This document shows positions 23,781 through 36,649 of a DNA stretch of 64,000 bases, one piece after another. The notes under the pieces are model-generated. The model saw nothing but the letters and a program-made list of their open reading frames with translations, searched no databases and was not told where the DNA came from. Both the position numbers and the translations under genes were made by a program. Origin of the DNA: the human T2T-CHM13v2.0 reference genome, Homo sapiens; assembly GCF_009914755.1 (NCBI RefSeq), contig NC_060925.1; one strand, 5' to 3'. Numbering within the stretch: position 1 is the first letter of the stretch; each line of letters begins with the position of its first letter.

Positions 23781-24719
23781 TAGCTACAGATGGCATTCTA
23801 GCTTTTTTTATTTTTTATTTTATTTTTTTGAGGAGGAGGAGGGATTGTCTTGAATCTGTGTTTGAGTAATAAATATTCTGATTTTATTTAAATTTTATGT
23901 TTATTTGTGGGAAAGCTGATGGAGATTGGAAGGGATGGTGGTGCCCTCCCCCAAGCCACTCATTGGCACCATCACTATTGAGGTCGGTAGGCTCAAAGTG
24001 AAGGTTTAATTTAGCTATTGAATAAACCCTTTCTAACCCAAACGGTTCTGGCATTAGGCTTTTTCAGAGACAAGCTGACAGCTGAAAAAAATGAAGATAT
24101 TAGAGATCCAAGGGTATCATGCACTTTTTTTATGTACTTATTTTTAAATGGCTTTGAAGCACTTCAATTATTTGATAGCCGTTCTGATACTGAATCAGTT
24201 TGTTTATTAGGGGGGCTTTTATCATTTCGTCACTGAGGCTTTTTCTCTCTAGGCCAGATCAGAAAGATAGAAATACTTAAGAGATCTTACTGTTGACAGA
24301 GGTTGACCTCTCCATGTTTCATTTTTCTCTCCAAATGTTTCCATTAAAAGATTTTGTGTCCTCTCTGAATGTCATCTACTGAGATACCTACTGTTCACCT
24401 TAACTAGATTCACCTGTGCACTTCTCCAATTCATAGCCCTCTCTTCCTACCTGCAGGTGCCAAAACTTACTATGCCCTAAATTGCATTTTTACCCAAGAT
24501 GAAAATATATGCAAGGCTTCCTGTAGGTGGGAATTGTTCCTGGTCTAGTTTCCTTTGGGACAGGAACAGGCCTCTAGTTTTCTTTTATAATTTCTTATGT
24601 AATATAGCAGCTAAATGCACAGGCTTGAAAGTTAAAAAACACTTGGGTTCAGATCCTAACTCTGAGACTTGCTGGCTGTGCCCCCCTGGGCAAGCCTGAG
24701 CTTAAGCTCCTTCTGGCTA

Positions 24720-24790
24720 CCTGCCTGCCTTCCTTCCTTCCTTCCTTCCTTCCTTCCTTCCTTCCTTCCTTCCCTTCCTCCTGTCTTCCT
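24720..24790. repeat. (CCTT)n simple repeat
   Basis: Directly visible. Confidence 0.95.
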
Positions 24791-26199
24791 TGCTTCCTCT
24801 CTTTCTTTTTTCTTCTTTTTTCCTTTTTAAGCTATCACAAATTACAAGCTTGTCAGCAACTATTTATTGAGGTTTCAAATATTGTGCTAGGTACTAGATG
24901 TACATAGTGAGCAAACCTCATGAAACAGACATTGTGAAGCTTACAGTTTAGTGACAATGACATTAAAATAACACAGATAACTAAATGATTATAAGTGAGC
25001 AAAGTTATGTGAAGGAAGCGTTGAATGGGATTCTCGAAGAGCTTTTTAAATAAGGACCTAACCTGGTAAGGTGAGAGTAAGTCAAAGTGGCAAGCATTAA
25101 ATGACACTATGTGTGTGTAGAGTCAAACATATTTCCTGTTACTTTTACATTCAATTGCTCATGTTATCCTTATTATTACCACTGCCATTGGCATTGTTAA
25201 TATTATCAGCACCCCCATGCTTGTGCATATCCTTGAGTCAGTGAACTTCCCCAGAACTTGCTACAAGATGATACCAAAATGTTTTTTTACAATACTCTTG
25301 GTCACTTGCCTTGATGTGCTCTACATCTGTGCTTCCCAACCCCTGCCAGCTTGCCTAGTTTCTGACCAGGTTATCTGAGCAGTTTCTGGGGCTACACACT
25401 CATATTTTGGTTTCCATCTATACACTGACTCCCCAGAATCCTTAGAAGACCTCTGATCTTATTGCTCCATCTCCTAAATAAGTGTCATCTAAACCCAACA
25501 TCACAACTGCCCTGTTGCTCTGTTGTTCCAGAAGGAAGCAGGAATCTTTTAGGGAATTTTCCAAAAGAAAAGAAGAGTCCCTCCCAGTATCTTTGAGTTC
25601 TTTTGAAGAGCTCATTGCTATACCCACTCTGCTCTATAAGCACCTGCTCTGGCTGAATTATGAGACTGAGGGATATTCCTTCTCATTATTCTTGAGAAAG
25701 TCTTTCTTGTTCACCACTGGCCTAGGTCCTAGGCCATAAATCTAATCTTCAGACTTCATCATTTCTCCACACCAAAGGCTGTGAAATTATGGTTTATTTT
25801 TTATTTTTTATATTGTCAGTGCATATGTGTTACATACACCTATGTATGGCGAACTCTTGATTTTCCTAGCAGATTGGTGAGAGGAAGAGCTCTTAATAGG
25901 CAATAGCCCTGAATCACCTCTTCTACTAAAGTTTCTCATAACTGGCTTTAGTTTTCCTTTCCTTTTCTTCCCATTCTCTAATTAGACCTCACCAAAAGAT
26001 ATTTGCCCTGTAACTTGCCAAAACATAACTGCCCCAGAACAGCCCTAGATCTCTGGATATTGCATAATAAAAAGAAGACTGAGAATAACATTATCCAAGA
26101 AGTGTTCCATAGTTTCTCTTAACAAGTAGATACAGCTATTACCACTGCCCCTCCCCCAAGAGGAGGGAATATTCAAATCATGTTCAGATTTATTAACAT

Positions 26200-26480
26200 A
26201 AAAATAGCTATCATTTCTTGAGCTCCTGCGACATGCCGGAAATTGTTCCTAAAGTATCTATAAACATTTATCTCATTTAATATTCACAACAATTTCATAA
26301 GATTGATACTACGATAATTATTTCTATTACACAGATGAGAAAACTGAGGTTCAGAGAGTTTATGACTGGCTCAAATATTTAGGACTTGAACTCATCTGAC
26401 GAGATCAGGCACATTCAAGGTGGTATGACCATAGACTTGAACACTGATCTATCTGATTCTCAAACTATATTGTGAAACAC
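26200..26480 (-). mobile_element. MIR interrupted by a 5S rRNA fragment
   Basis: AATAGCTATCATTTCTTGAG...TCTCATTTAATATTCACAACAA...ACAGATGAGAAAACTGAGGTTCAGAGAG. Confidence 0.8.
26394..26436 (-). pseudogene. 5S rRNA 5'-fragment retropseudogene (~43 nt)
   Basis: Reverse complement GTCTATGGTCATACCACCTTGAATGTGCCTGATCTCGTCAGAT vs 5S 5' end GTCTACGGCCATACCACCCTGAACGCGCCCGATCTCGTCTGAT; mostly C>T changes. Confidence 0.9.
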
Positions 26481-27499
26481 TAAGAAATGGTGTCTCTTAA
26501 TTTTTACCTTTGAGGATTTAAACTTACTATATTCCCATATAGGGGCAGAACAATGGCATTCTCTGCACCACAGCAATTGACAGTGATAATAACTAAGATT
26601 ATTATAGCATGCTTACCTACTGTTCCTATTACATAGATGAGAAAACTGAGGCTCAGAGAGTTTATAACTCACCATATCAATGGTACATCAGCAAATGATG
26701 AAGAGGTAATGAAACTATTATTAAGGATGCCTTTGTTCTGGTTATTTTAAATCAGATTGGTTTGTAGTTTCTCATATTTTACTTTGTAGTTTTCTGTGGC
26801 ATTGTATGATAAAGCAAACTTTAATGAATGATGTTGGATGTTTCAGAGAAATTTGCAATGCCATTTTCAGCACTTAAAGCAATTCTCCTATGTTAGAATG
26901 TGATATCTATTTCCACCTTTTGCTTAACAATCTATTGGGCGCATCTCCTACTTTCAGTTGTAATAAAATTTAAATTTTTTAGCATTTCAAAGGCAATTCA
27001 ATCATCAGTTGACTTCTGTTTAATATGAAAAATATAGTCATTCTGACTTTGTGGTTTGGAAAAGGTTATAGTTCCCAACTTTATATTAATACTTTCATTG
27101 TAGTTAAGGCTTAACACTTCTTTTGATTTTAATATTCTTAACAGATGCTCAACTCTCAATAACTATAATAAGATATACATTTAAGAAATATGTAAAAACA
27201 TGCCAATCCTCTCCAAGTTTATTTATAGACCTGAAATTGAGTATTTATGCTGTTTACTCTGCAGCAAATACAAATACTGCCCTTAGGTGTTGCCTTTTTA
27301 CTTGCAGGTTGTGTTTCTTGTTATCATCATAAATTCTTTAGTCAGAGCATGAAAAACAATTGCATAGATGAACGCCATATATAAGGCACCTGCCTCCAAC
27401 GTGTGCAGAAGTCCAAGATTGTAGATTCTGAGATAAAATTAACTCATAGAAGATGACCCAAGGTTGGTAGTAATGATATTCATTATTAATTATTCTGCA

Positions 27500-27720
27500 C
27501 AACTTATCAGTGTACCAGGCTCTGAGTGAGGGGTTGTATAAATGGTGGATCACCTATCTCTCACCATACCTCTATGAGGAGTAGTCTTAATCCCATTTGA
27601 TAGATGAAGAAACTGAGGCTCAAGATCCCATGCACGGCTAGGGAGTAGCAGAGCAGGATGGGACCACCGGGTCCTAGCTGGTGTGATCTCTGAACCACTG
27701 TGTTTACCACCAGGCATCAT
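27500..27720 (-). mobile_element. MIR
   Basis: ATCCCATTTGATAGATGAAGAAACTGAGGCTCAAG core. Confidence 0.75.
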
Positions 27721-28933
27721 GATGGGCTTGTTAAGAAAGCTGAGTTGGAGAGGTTCTTGTCCCTTGTCATGAGCGGAGACTTTATGCGGAGCTGCTTGAT
27801 CACTTCTCATCAACTCCTCTGAGTTCTTGGACATGCCCACTTTGTTGGCTATTGGCTATGTATCTGAAAGAGTCTTTACAGACTTCAGAAAATTCATTTA
27901 ACAACACAATTTCTGGGGCTATGCTACCCTTGATGCTTCCACCTCACCTTTCTTTTCTGCACTGTGTGCTCATTTGCGCCATCACACTGCTCCCCCTTTT
28001 CTTCTGCTCTCTTACCTGGTTGGCATAGTGCTGCTGCTGCTTCCTGTGTTACTCCTGTTCTGTGGTCTCTGCCTTTGTTCTTCCCTCACACAGGCAAGTT
28101 TATATAGCAGCAAAGCATTGATAAGACAGCAGCCTTTTGAGCTAGGCTGCTTGACTTTACACCTTAACCCAATTTCACTTACTACTCCACTATTTTGGCT
28201 AATTTACTTCTCTTCTCTGTGCCTCTACTTTCTGTTTTCTCAGCTTTGAAATCAATACCTGTCTCATGAAGTTATTTTGAGGAATAAATAAGTTAACATA
28301 TATAAAGTACATAGCTTAGTGGTTGCCACATAATAATTGCTCGCCTAATTAATCTTCTTTTTTTTGTTTACATTTCCATGATAAGAGGTAATTTACATCA
28401 GGAAATCCCATTATTTGGGTGAGAGAGAAAACGACTTCAACCACTATAAGGAAAACGCTTCCTTCAGGAAGAAAAAGCAGATAAGTTTTCCCTTTAAGGT
28501 GCTTCTCATTCCCTAATTTTCAAGCTCCCCTTGGCCACAGCAGTGAGTTGGCTGACTGCCACTGGGACCTCAGAGACCAACACATCAGCCAAGTTTTGTT
28601 TTTCTCTTAACTCTTGCATTTCCCATCTCCCCAACTCCCAGCTGCCCTTATTCACAATGCTGGGACGACAGCTCCATGTTTGGGTCACGGTTGAACTGGG
28701 TCTTGCAGTCTTCAGCGGGTAGGCAGAAAGCTGGGGGAATGGTGGCTTCCTGTTCATTTGCACCACAACAGTCAGGCACTGGGGAATAGATGATAACTTT
28801 ATATGCATGCGGGGAACAGAGACAGTAAAGAAGAATTCAGAATGACCCTCAAAGCCAGCTGCATACGAAACTTTTCATGAAGCATTTAATTTATGCTCAC
28901 TGCCTCTTGTTATAGATGGCATTTTTTTTTTCA

Positions 28934-29299
<366 letters not shown>

Positions 29300-30010
29300 C
29301 TACAGGATTTCAATACCTATGCTCTTCATCACCTCCTAGTGCTGCTCCCTTCACTTTGCTATGCATCCTTCTTCCTACACTAACCTCTCCTGGCCTCAGT
29401 GACTTCATCTGTAAAATGATAGGTTTGTCACAATGATGTTGGAGTTTCCTTCCACCTCTGACATTCTGGCACTCTTGGGTTGGCATCCAAGTTTAGAAAC
29501 ACTGTTGCCAGTGGTCACTTTCTGAGTGTCCAGCAGGATGTGTCTGGACAGGCCTCATTTATTCATTGCTGCTTGGTTTATGCGGCAGTCATCTGTGACT
29601 CTCTCACTGAATCACATTACAGCTTACATTATCCTGTCTCCTGTACCAACCAAACATACTTTGTTCCATTACCACTGAGCAAATCCTCTAAGGAATCTAA
29701 CACAGCTCCAAGAATTTTCTTCTGGTATTTGCTTAATGTGTGTTTCCTTCACCCATGAGTCAATACAATTTCAGAACAAGATGCTCCACAAAGTCTAAAT
29801 GAGGTTGGGGTCAAGTATAGACAGGAAGGAACACAACAACCATTGAGCTCTACTGAGTTAAAAATCTTTTTCTTTGCTTTTTACAATCTTTTGAGATTAG
29901 ATGCTTTCTCCAAGGTTCAGACAGAATAAGGTCCTTAGCCAATGCAAATAATGCAATTTTGAGTCTGCCTATATGTTATCCATGCTACTGTAACCTTTCC
30001 CTTGGTATAA

Positions 30011-30376
30011 CATGATGAGCATCCCTAATCCTAGAAAATCTGAAATCCAAAATGCCTTAAAATGTGAAAATTTTTGAGAGGTAACATGATGCCATAAGTG
30101 GAAAAGTCCACACCTAACCTCATATGATAGGCCACAGTCAAAATGCAATCAAAACTTTGTTTCATGGACAAAATTATTTAAAATAGTGCTTAGAATTACC
30201 TTCAGGCTATGTTTATAAGGTATGTATATAAAACATAAATGGATTTTGTGTTTAGACTTGGGTCTCATCCCCAAGATACCTCCTAAGGCATATGCAAATA
30301 TTCAAAAATCTGAAAAAATTCAGAATCTAAAACACTTCTGGGTCCCAAGCATTTTGGATAAGGAATACTCAACCTG
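30011..30376 (+). mobile_element. Tigger4 (Zombi)-derived MITE
   Basis: TIRs CATGATGAGCATCCCTAATCC ... GGATAAGGAATACTCAACCTG|TA; internal TTTAGACTTGGGTCTCATCCCCAAGATA. Confidence 0.85.
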
Positions 30377-30569
30377 TAATAGAAAGAGTCACAAATTGGA
30401 AATATCGTTCCAACTTTGCTACCGATTTTTAACATATTGTTTTGATTAAGGCACTCATCTATACAATGCATCTATAAAAGTGATTATCTTTAAAGTGAGT
30501 AACCTTAGAGATGCTCTATCTGGAGCCAGGTTAATGCTTAAATCATCTCAACTGGTTAGGAGAACATTA

Positions 30570-31130
30570 AATCATCTTTCATTCTTCTTTCTCCTTTATC
30601 TCATAAGTTCAGTCACCAAGTACTATCAGTGCTCTATTCAGAATGCCTCTCCGTATTTTTCTTCCCCTGTTTCTGTCACCACCACTGTAAATCTGAACAT
30701 TATGCTACTCCCGGAATCCTGAAATAGATTTCAAGTTGCACATATTCCCAGGCTCTACCCAACTTCCCTCCTAGTCCTTCATGTGTGCCCTCCTCATATA
30801 CATAGTGCTCACTTCTTGCTCACATCTGAAACCTCCATTTTTCCTTCTCCATCACTTGTGTTATCAAGTTCTCTGGGTTTCAATAAACAGAACCTATCCA
30901 AAATATATTTTCTGTTCTCCCACATCCACCATCTTTATCTTATATCTGAACCTTTACCAGGGCTGTTTTCTGCAACTCTGTTCATTTAATTCTTCCAAAT
31001 CTTTCATGGCCCAGCCCAAGTACAGAAAAGAGCCCTGTCCCTCTTGTTCATCAAGAGGGATGTATCCCAAGCACTAGTACAATCCCAGGCTCATAATAAA
31101 AGCTTAGTAAATATTGGTTGAATTAACAAA
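30570..31130 (+). mobile_element. L2 fragment
   Basis: TCAGTCACCAAGT..., terminal TAGTAAATATTGGTTGAATTAA. Confidence 0.6.
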
Positions 31131-31354
31131 TGACTCCTTTCCACAAAGGTTTCCCTGACTAATGCAGCCCAATTCATGTCAGAATTTTCTAAACCCCAAT
31201 GGCATCGATTTAGCAGCTATATGGTCTTGTAGTTTCAGAGAATTGCTTTGTTTTCATCCATTTAAGGAAGACCAAAATCAATGAAACTATAAGAAGGTGT
31301 TGACCTGGATGAATCCTAGCTCTGGCCATATCTCTTACAGGGTAGAGGAGAAAA

Positions 31355-31585
31355 AAGCACTACCTATGTATCAGGCCCAGTTCCAAGTGCATTATCCATA
31401 CTGTTCCCATTAAACTTACAACAGTATGAGGTAAGTGCTAAATTATCCCCAATTTATTGATGTGAAAACTGAGATTCAGAGAGGTTAAGTAACTTGCTTA
31501 AGTTAAGAAAGCTAGAACATGGTTAAGCCAGGATTTGAACCCCGCGATTCTGGCTACAGATGTGCAATCATTAGCATTATTCTAT
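31355..31585 (-). mobile_element. MIR
   Basis: GAAAACTGAGATTCAGAGAGGTTAAGTAACTTGC...AGCCAGGATTTGAACCC. Confidence 0.85.
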
Positions 31586-33798
31586 GTTACCTCTCACATC
31601 ACTGCAAAACACAGGAAAATATTGAGTATCTCACCAGAGTAATGCCAAGACTAAAACAAACAAACAAACAAAAATAGCTCCTAAGTCAGCCTCTCTGGTC
31701 AATGGAGCATAATATAATCATCTTATTAGGAATGGACAGCTCTTTAGATTCAGCTCTTGCTTATTCATAATCCCCGGTGATATGCTCTACTGGCTGCTTA
31801 TAAATAGGTCTGCTCTTGTGTTTTGGCCCTCAGTGATGACAACTTCACCCTAGCTGGAGCTCTCCTTTTTTCCTTTGAATTCGCGGGCCCTCTGAAATGC
31901 CACAAGGCTAACGGCAGGATGTGCCTTCTTTAAGGAAGCCCTACTTCCTGGAGCTTCTCTGGCAAGCTGTCCTAGGCAGCTCTTCACTGCAAGCCTCTGA
32001 TCAGCTGAATGAAAATGAAGTGGGCATTTGTATTTCCCCACTGATTGAGTTGGCTCAACTTGACGTAGGTTCAAATTCACAAAAGCGTGTGCAGACTTGC
32101 TTCCAGGCTTGCAATGGAGCTGGAGGAGGGCAGGCTGTGTGCCCGGCTTTCTTGCAAAGCGTGGCCTTGGATATGTGTCACTGGTACCCTCAAAAACCAA
32201 GTCTCCAGAATCCCCCACCCCCACCTACAAGTCATGGGATGATTTGTGCAAGGTGCCCTACTTCTGATGCCAACTGGACCCTGTTCAAATGAGCGTGGAG
32301 ATCAGAAAGTATTCTTTAAAGGGTGAGTGAACCCATCATGGCTAAAATGATCTGTAATACAAAATATCTCAAACTGTCCCCCCATTGGTTAGTTAACCTT
32401 AATATTTTTGCTCTACTTGAAAGCTTTTCCCTTAGAAAAGCCTAGCTCTTAGTCACTGAATGCCAGTTATTTAAGAGAATGTCAGCCTGGTTGAATTATG
32501 TTTTCTGAATTCTTGCTTGACAAACAACAATTATAATAGTACCTTGATATTTACAAGTTTAACATTCAGATTTTTTGTATTTGTACAATGCGCTTTAGGA
32601 TCACAACAAGGAGTAATTTGTAGGTACCCTGAGATGTGACTATGAATCATCCACTTAGGGATGCAGAGGTTTAGGTGAGGGTCAGTCAGAGAATATACCT
32701 AGCTCAGTGCCCAGCATCCACATCTCAACAGGTCTGTTATTTTCTAGAGTAGTAATTATAATTTAGGGATTCTTGTCCAATGTCAAGGGTGAACTCTATT
32801 TCTGAATCAGTGAAATAGCTTTAGATTTTTGTACAAATGATTGTGACATAAGGCTTTTGGAATTTTCCCATTCCATACTCAGAGCAGACATTGCTAATAA
32901 ATCAAGTGCTCTAATCAAATGCAGCCTGAATCAGAATTTTCTGCAAAAGATTAATTGGATGTGATGCTTGAAAATGTGAAAATTGCTCAGTATTGCTGGG
33001 CTTTGGAAGGTCTAAAGTAAACTGCCTATTTTTTTTCCCTTTAACTTGAGCCTGACATTAAACTCGGATTTCTCTATCCTCTCCTACACATGTTTGGGTC
33101 TCTTAGACAGAACATACAAAGCATTCTCCAAACACATCAGGGAACTGGGTCACTTCATTTGGTCTGCACACCTCTGGCAATGGGATTGGGATAAATGTTT
33201 AGGGAGGAGTAGGTAACGAAAAGGAGGAATAATTATCAGATTTCATGTGGAGAGAAATAGGTAAGCACAGGCTAGACAAAATTTCCATTAGGCAAAATAA
33301 TGTCCCAACCAGAAACTCACCTATTGTTACCAAAAACAGTCTACTTCTTGGCCTAATTTATGAATTGTGCCACACCTGAAATTAACTTTTGTTAGAAGTG
33401 GAAATGCACTAATCTATAGAAGACACTTACACTTTGTGGATTTGTGATTCAGTTTTAAATACTTAATACTTTTTGAATTCTTCCATTGTAACAATCAGAT
33501 GCCTTATATGGTAGGCCTGTTTGCATGTCAGTTTGCCTGCTGGAGCATGAGCTCTGCGAGGATGGGGAATGGGAAACACTTTTTTAAAAAACTTGCTTCC
33601 AGGAAACTATCAGTATGCCTTCGATGTGGTAAGCGTGAATGAATAACTGATATTTAGTATGACTGGTTTTAATCACAGAGTCTTATTCACCATGAAGCCG
33701 TTATAGACCTGTTCCAATGACAATTTATCTTGATTCCAGGTTTTCCAAAATTGGAGACAATGGCATTCATCTCTCTCTTGCTCATTTTACCCTGAGAG

Positions 33799-33969
33799 TT
33801 GGGCTGGCTTCATGGGTCTGCAATCTGCACATAAGGGCCCATGCTTAGAGGGGCCCTACACTTGGTTTAATACTCTGCCGTCACTTTCTTAAAATTTGTA
33901 ATAATTTTTGACAAGAAGCCCTGCATTTTCATTTTGCACCAAGCTCCACAGATTTTGTAGCCAGTCCTG
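33799..33969 (+). mobile_element. MER91A-like hAT-Tip100 MITE
   Basis: GGGCTGGCTTCATGGG...CTTGGTTTAAT...CCCTGCATTTTCATTTTGCAC...GTAGCCAGTCCTG. Confidence 0.8.
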
Positions 33970-33983
33970 CCTGGCTACATAAT

Positions 33984-34298
33984 CTGAAGACTAAGCTAAC
34001 CCACAACGGCCCATCTAGCACAGTGAGTATATTAGACTATATATTATATTACATAGTGTATAATACTGAAAGTATATAATACTAAACAACCCTGAAAGAT
34101 TATGTCGTATTGCGAGTATCATTAATTAATAATAGCTAACATTAATTGAGCACCTACTATGTGCCAGACACTGTTCTGGCTACCAAACAGGCATTATCTC
34201 ATTGAAGCCTCAAAACAAGTCACAGAATTAGACTATATTATATAGTCTAATATATTCACTGTGCTAGATGGGCAGTTGTGGGTTAGCTTAGCCTTCAG
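33984..34298. repeat. 60-bp inverted repeat (33984-34043 / 34239-34298) around a 195-bp spacer
   Basis: Arms match at 57/60 positions by direct comparison. Confidence 0.95.
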
Positions 34299-34696
34299 TT
34301 TGTTTTTTCTCACTTCAAGTTGAATTCACAAATAATGTCTGGTTTTGTGGGTGTGTAGTTCTCTTTTTTTAGGAAAAAAAAAAAACCTTCTACAGCATCC
34401 ATTTTATTAGAGGGAGACATTCTTTGTCACTTGGGTTCCAGATTAATAATTCTAGAATCCTACCATGCAGGAGTTGTGATTTGGTTTCAAAGAATCAAAG
34501 AGAAAAATTTTAAGAGGAGGGAACCCAGAGAAGGGCTAGCAGGTGTAAATAACTTCCATGCCCTTTATTTCATCTGGGGATGAGGGAAAGGAGAAGGATG
34601 CTAAGCAAACTTGAAAGCTCCTCAGGAGATCCTTAGGAACCCCGTACTGCTGGGCCCCTTTCTCCTGCTTCCCTTCCAGGGCTCAAGCATCCTTGG

Positions 34697-34854
34697 GCAA
34701 TGCTTCTTCAAATTTTGTGTGTGCAGAAAACATGTACCAATCTTGTTTAATATATATTCTGATGCAGAAGGTCAGGGGTGGGGTTTGTGATTCTGCATTT
34801 CTAACAGGCTTATAGGGGAGGCTGATGCTATTGGTTCATACTTTGGGTAGCAAG
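34697..34854. mobile_element. MER5A-type hAT-Charlie MITE
   Basis: ATTCTGATGCAGAAGGTCAGGGGTGGGG...ATTCTGCATTTCTAACAGGCT...ATACTTTGGGTAGCAAG. Confidence 0.8.
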
Positions 34855-35014
34855 CTGACAGGCTTGCCATTTTTCAAATATTAGGGCAGATCCTGAATTC
34901 CTGTTTTATCCTGACTTATGGAGCTACTACTTTTCCTATAAGTAGCCTGGCTTAACCTATCTTATAAATACAAATACCTACACACACCTACATAAGCACA
35001 TGCATGAATGCTAT

Positions 35015-35470
35015 GACTTAGAATGTTTAGTGCTTCGAGGAAGAGAAAACTCTAACTCAAACTGCCTTAGGTAAGGAGGACATTTATTATTTTATACAAC
35101 AGAAAGAGCAGAGGGAGTCAAAAGCAAGCTTGAGGAGCAGTAGAGTACATGGCTCCGCAATGTCTTCAAAGACCTGGGCTTTCGTTTCTCTACTCTGCCA
35201 TCCTCTGCCTTCAGTACATGGCTGTGACTGTGACGGACATCACTTTCAGATAAAACAATGTCCAGAGGCAGAAAGGAGCTGTCTCTGGTGTCTCTGTTTA
35301 GAACCCAGACACATTTCCCAGAAGCCCCAAGCAAACATCTCACACTTCATGTCACTGGTCTGTTTCCAACCCAGTTATTTAGCCGGGGGGGTGGATGACT
35401 GGGATTGGCTTAGCTTAATGAAGATAATCAGAGTCCACTTGCTGGAGCCAGGGAGGAGGGGGTCAATGTC
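35015..35470 (-). mobile_element. MLT1 (K/L-like) LTR
   Basis: AGAAAACTCTAACTCAAACTGCCTTAGGTAAGG...TTTCCCAGAAGCCCC...GGATTGGCTTAG. Confidence 0.65.
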
Positions 35471-36299
35471 CCTTTAAACAAGTAAATATGCAGAGGAATG
35501 AATATCTGAAATAAGTCTAAATTAGGCTGGAAAGAGGAAATTTCTCATAACTGAGGGGAGAGAGAATAGGTACTAAGTTGGCAAATTACCAACATAGTGT
35601 ATGTGTCTACTCACATATACTCCCCAGCAAATAGGCTTTATTTCAAGAAGAGCAATACACCAACTCATCACAGATCTGCAGCAGAGAGGTCTGGAGGCTC
35701 AAACCCTTCTCTTTGCTGTCATTGAATTTTTCTTCCCTGAAGCTGACCTCTAAATATTTAGTTTGACTGTGCAAAAATAACCTTTACCGCAGCTTTCTAC
35801 TGGGAAGCTAATCATTGATGCATAATTACAATGTAGGGCAGAAATAAGTACGCAGTTGATTTTGTTGTTGGTTTGACTTAATTGAAATACTGTATGTTTT
35901 TCAGGCCCACCCTCATTAGTTCCGCACTCTATCCTTGTAGTTCATCCCTAAACAAATAGAGGGAACTCTGATGCCCAACGCTTTCTTGATCCAGTCCTTG
36001 AAATCTCATGATTGATTTTTGCCAGCATTGTACAATGTGTTTCCTCAGTTTAGACACTAGATAAATTTTACAGTAAGCAATTATGGATAAATTTTACCAT
36101 AAGCAATTAAAAAACAACCAGGTTTCTTAATAACATTCCTGGGAGACCCAGTGAACTGCCAAAAACTACTTTTAAAAGTGCGTTAAGAGAATTTATTTCT
36201 TGACATAAATTCCTATAACAAGAGATGCATTGAGTGTAACTTTTTCCTCATTTACTAATAAATATTTACTAATAAATGTTACTTTTTAAAAAAAGAAAG

Positions 36300-36530
36300 C
36301 AGGACAACATGTTGGACAAAAACACAAACTCTGAAGCCCAACTACCTGGGTTAAATCTCAGTTATGCCACTAACTGTGTGACCTTAGGCAAGTTCTTAAG
36401 CTTTATGCTTTGGTTTCCTTTTCTGTGAAATGAGGATAAGAATAGCATCTACCTCTCTTGGCCTTTGTGAATGTTAAGCGTGCATATAAAGAAAAGTGCA
36501 CTTAGCATAGAGTAAGCCCGTTGTAAGTGT
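36300..36530 (+). mobile_element. MIR
   Basis: TGTGTGACCTTAGGCAAGTTCTTAA...TTTCCTTTTCTGTGAAATGAGGATAA. Confidence 0.8.
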
Positions 36531-36649
36531 TAACACATTTATATTTTTATATGCCTTCTTCCATGAAGTAGCACCTGTATTTACACATATTTTCTCTAGT
36601 CCCCCAAACAACCCTGAAAGATTAGATAATATTGCAGCTATTATTAACT

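Noticed and set aside
31850-32292. Two antiparallel ~124-aa ORFs in a mildly GC-rich patch
   Set aside because: Non-ATG starts, no recognisable domain, no convincing splice sites.
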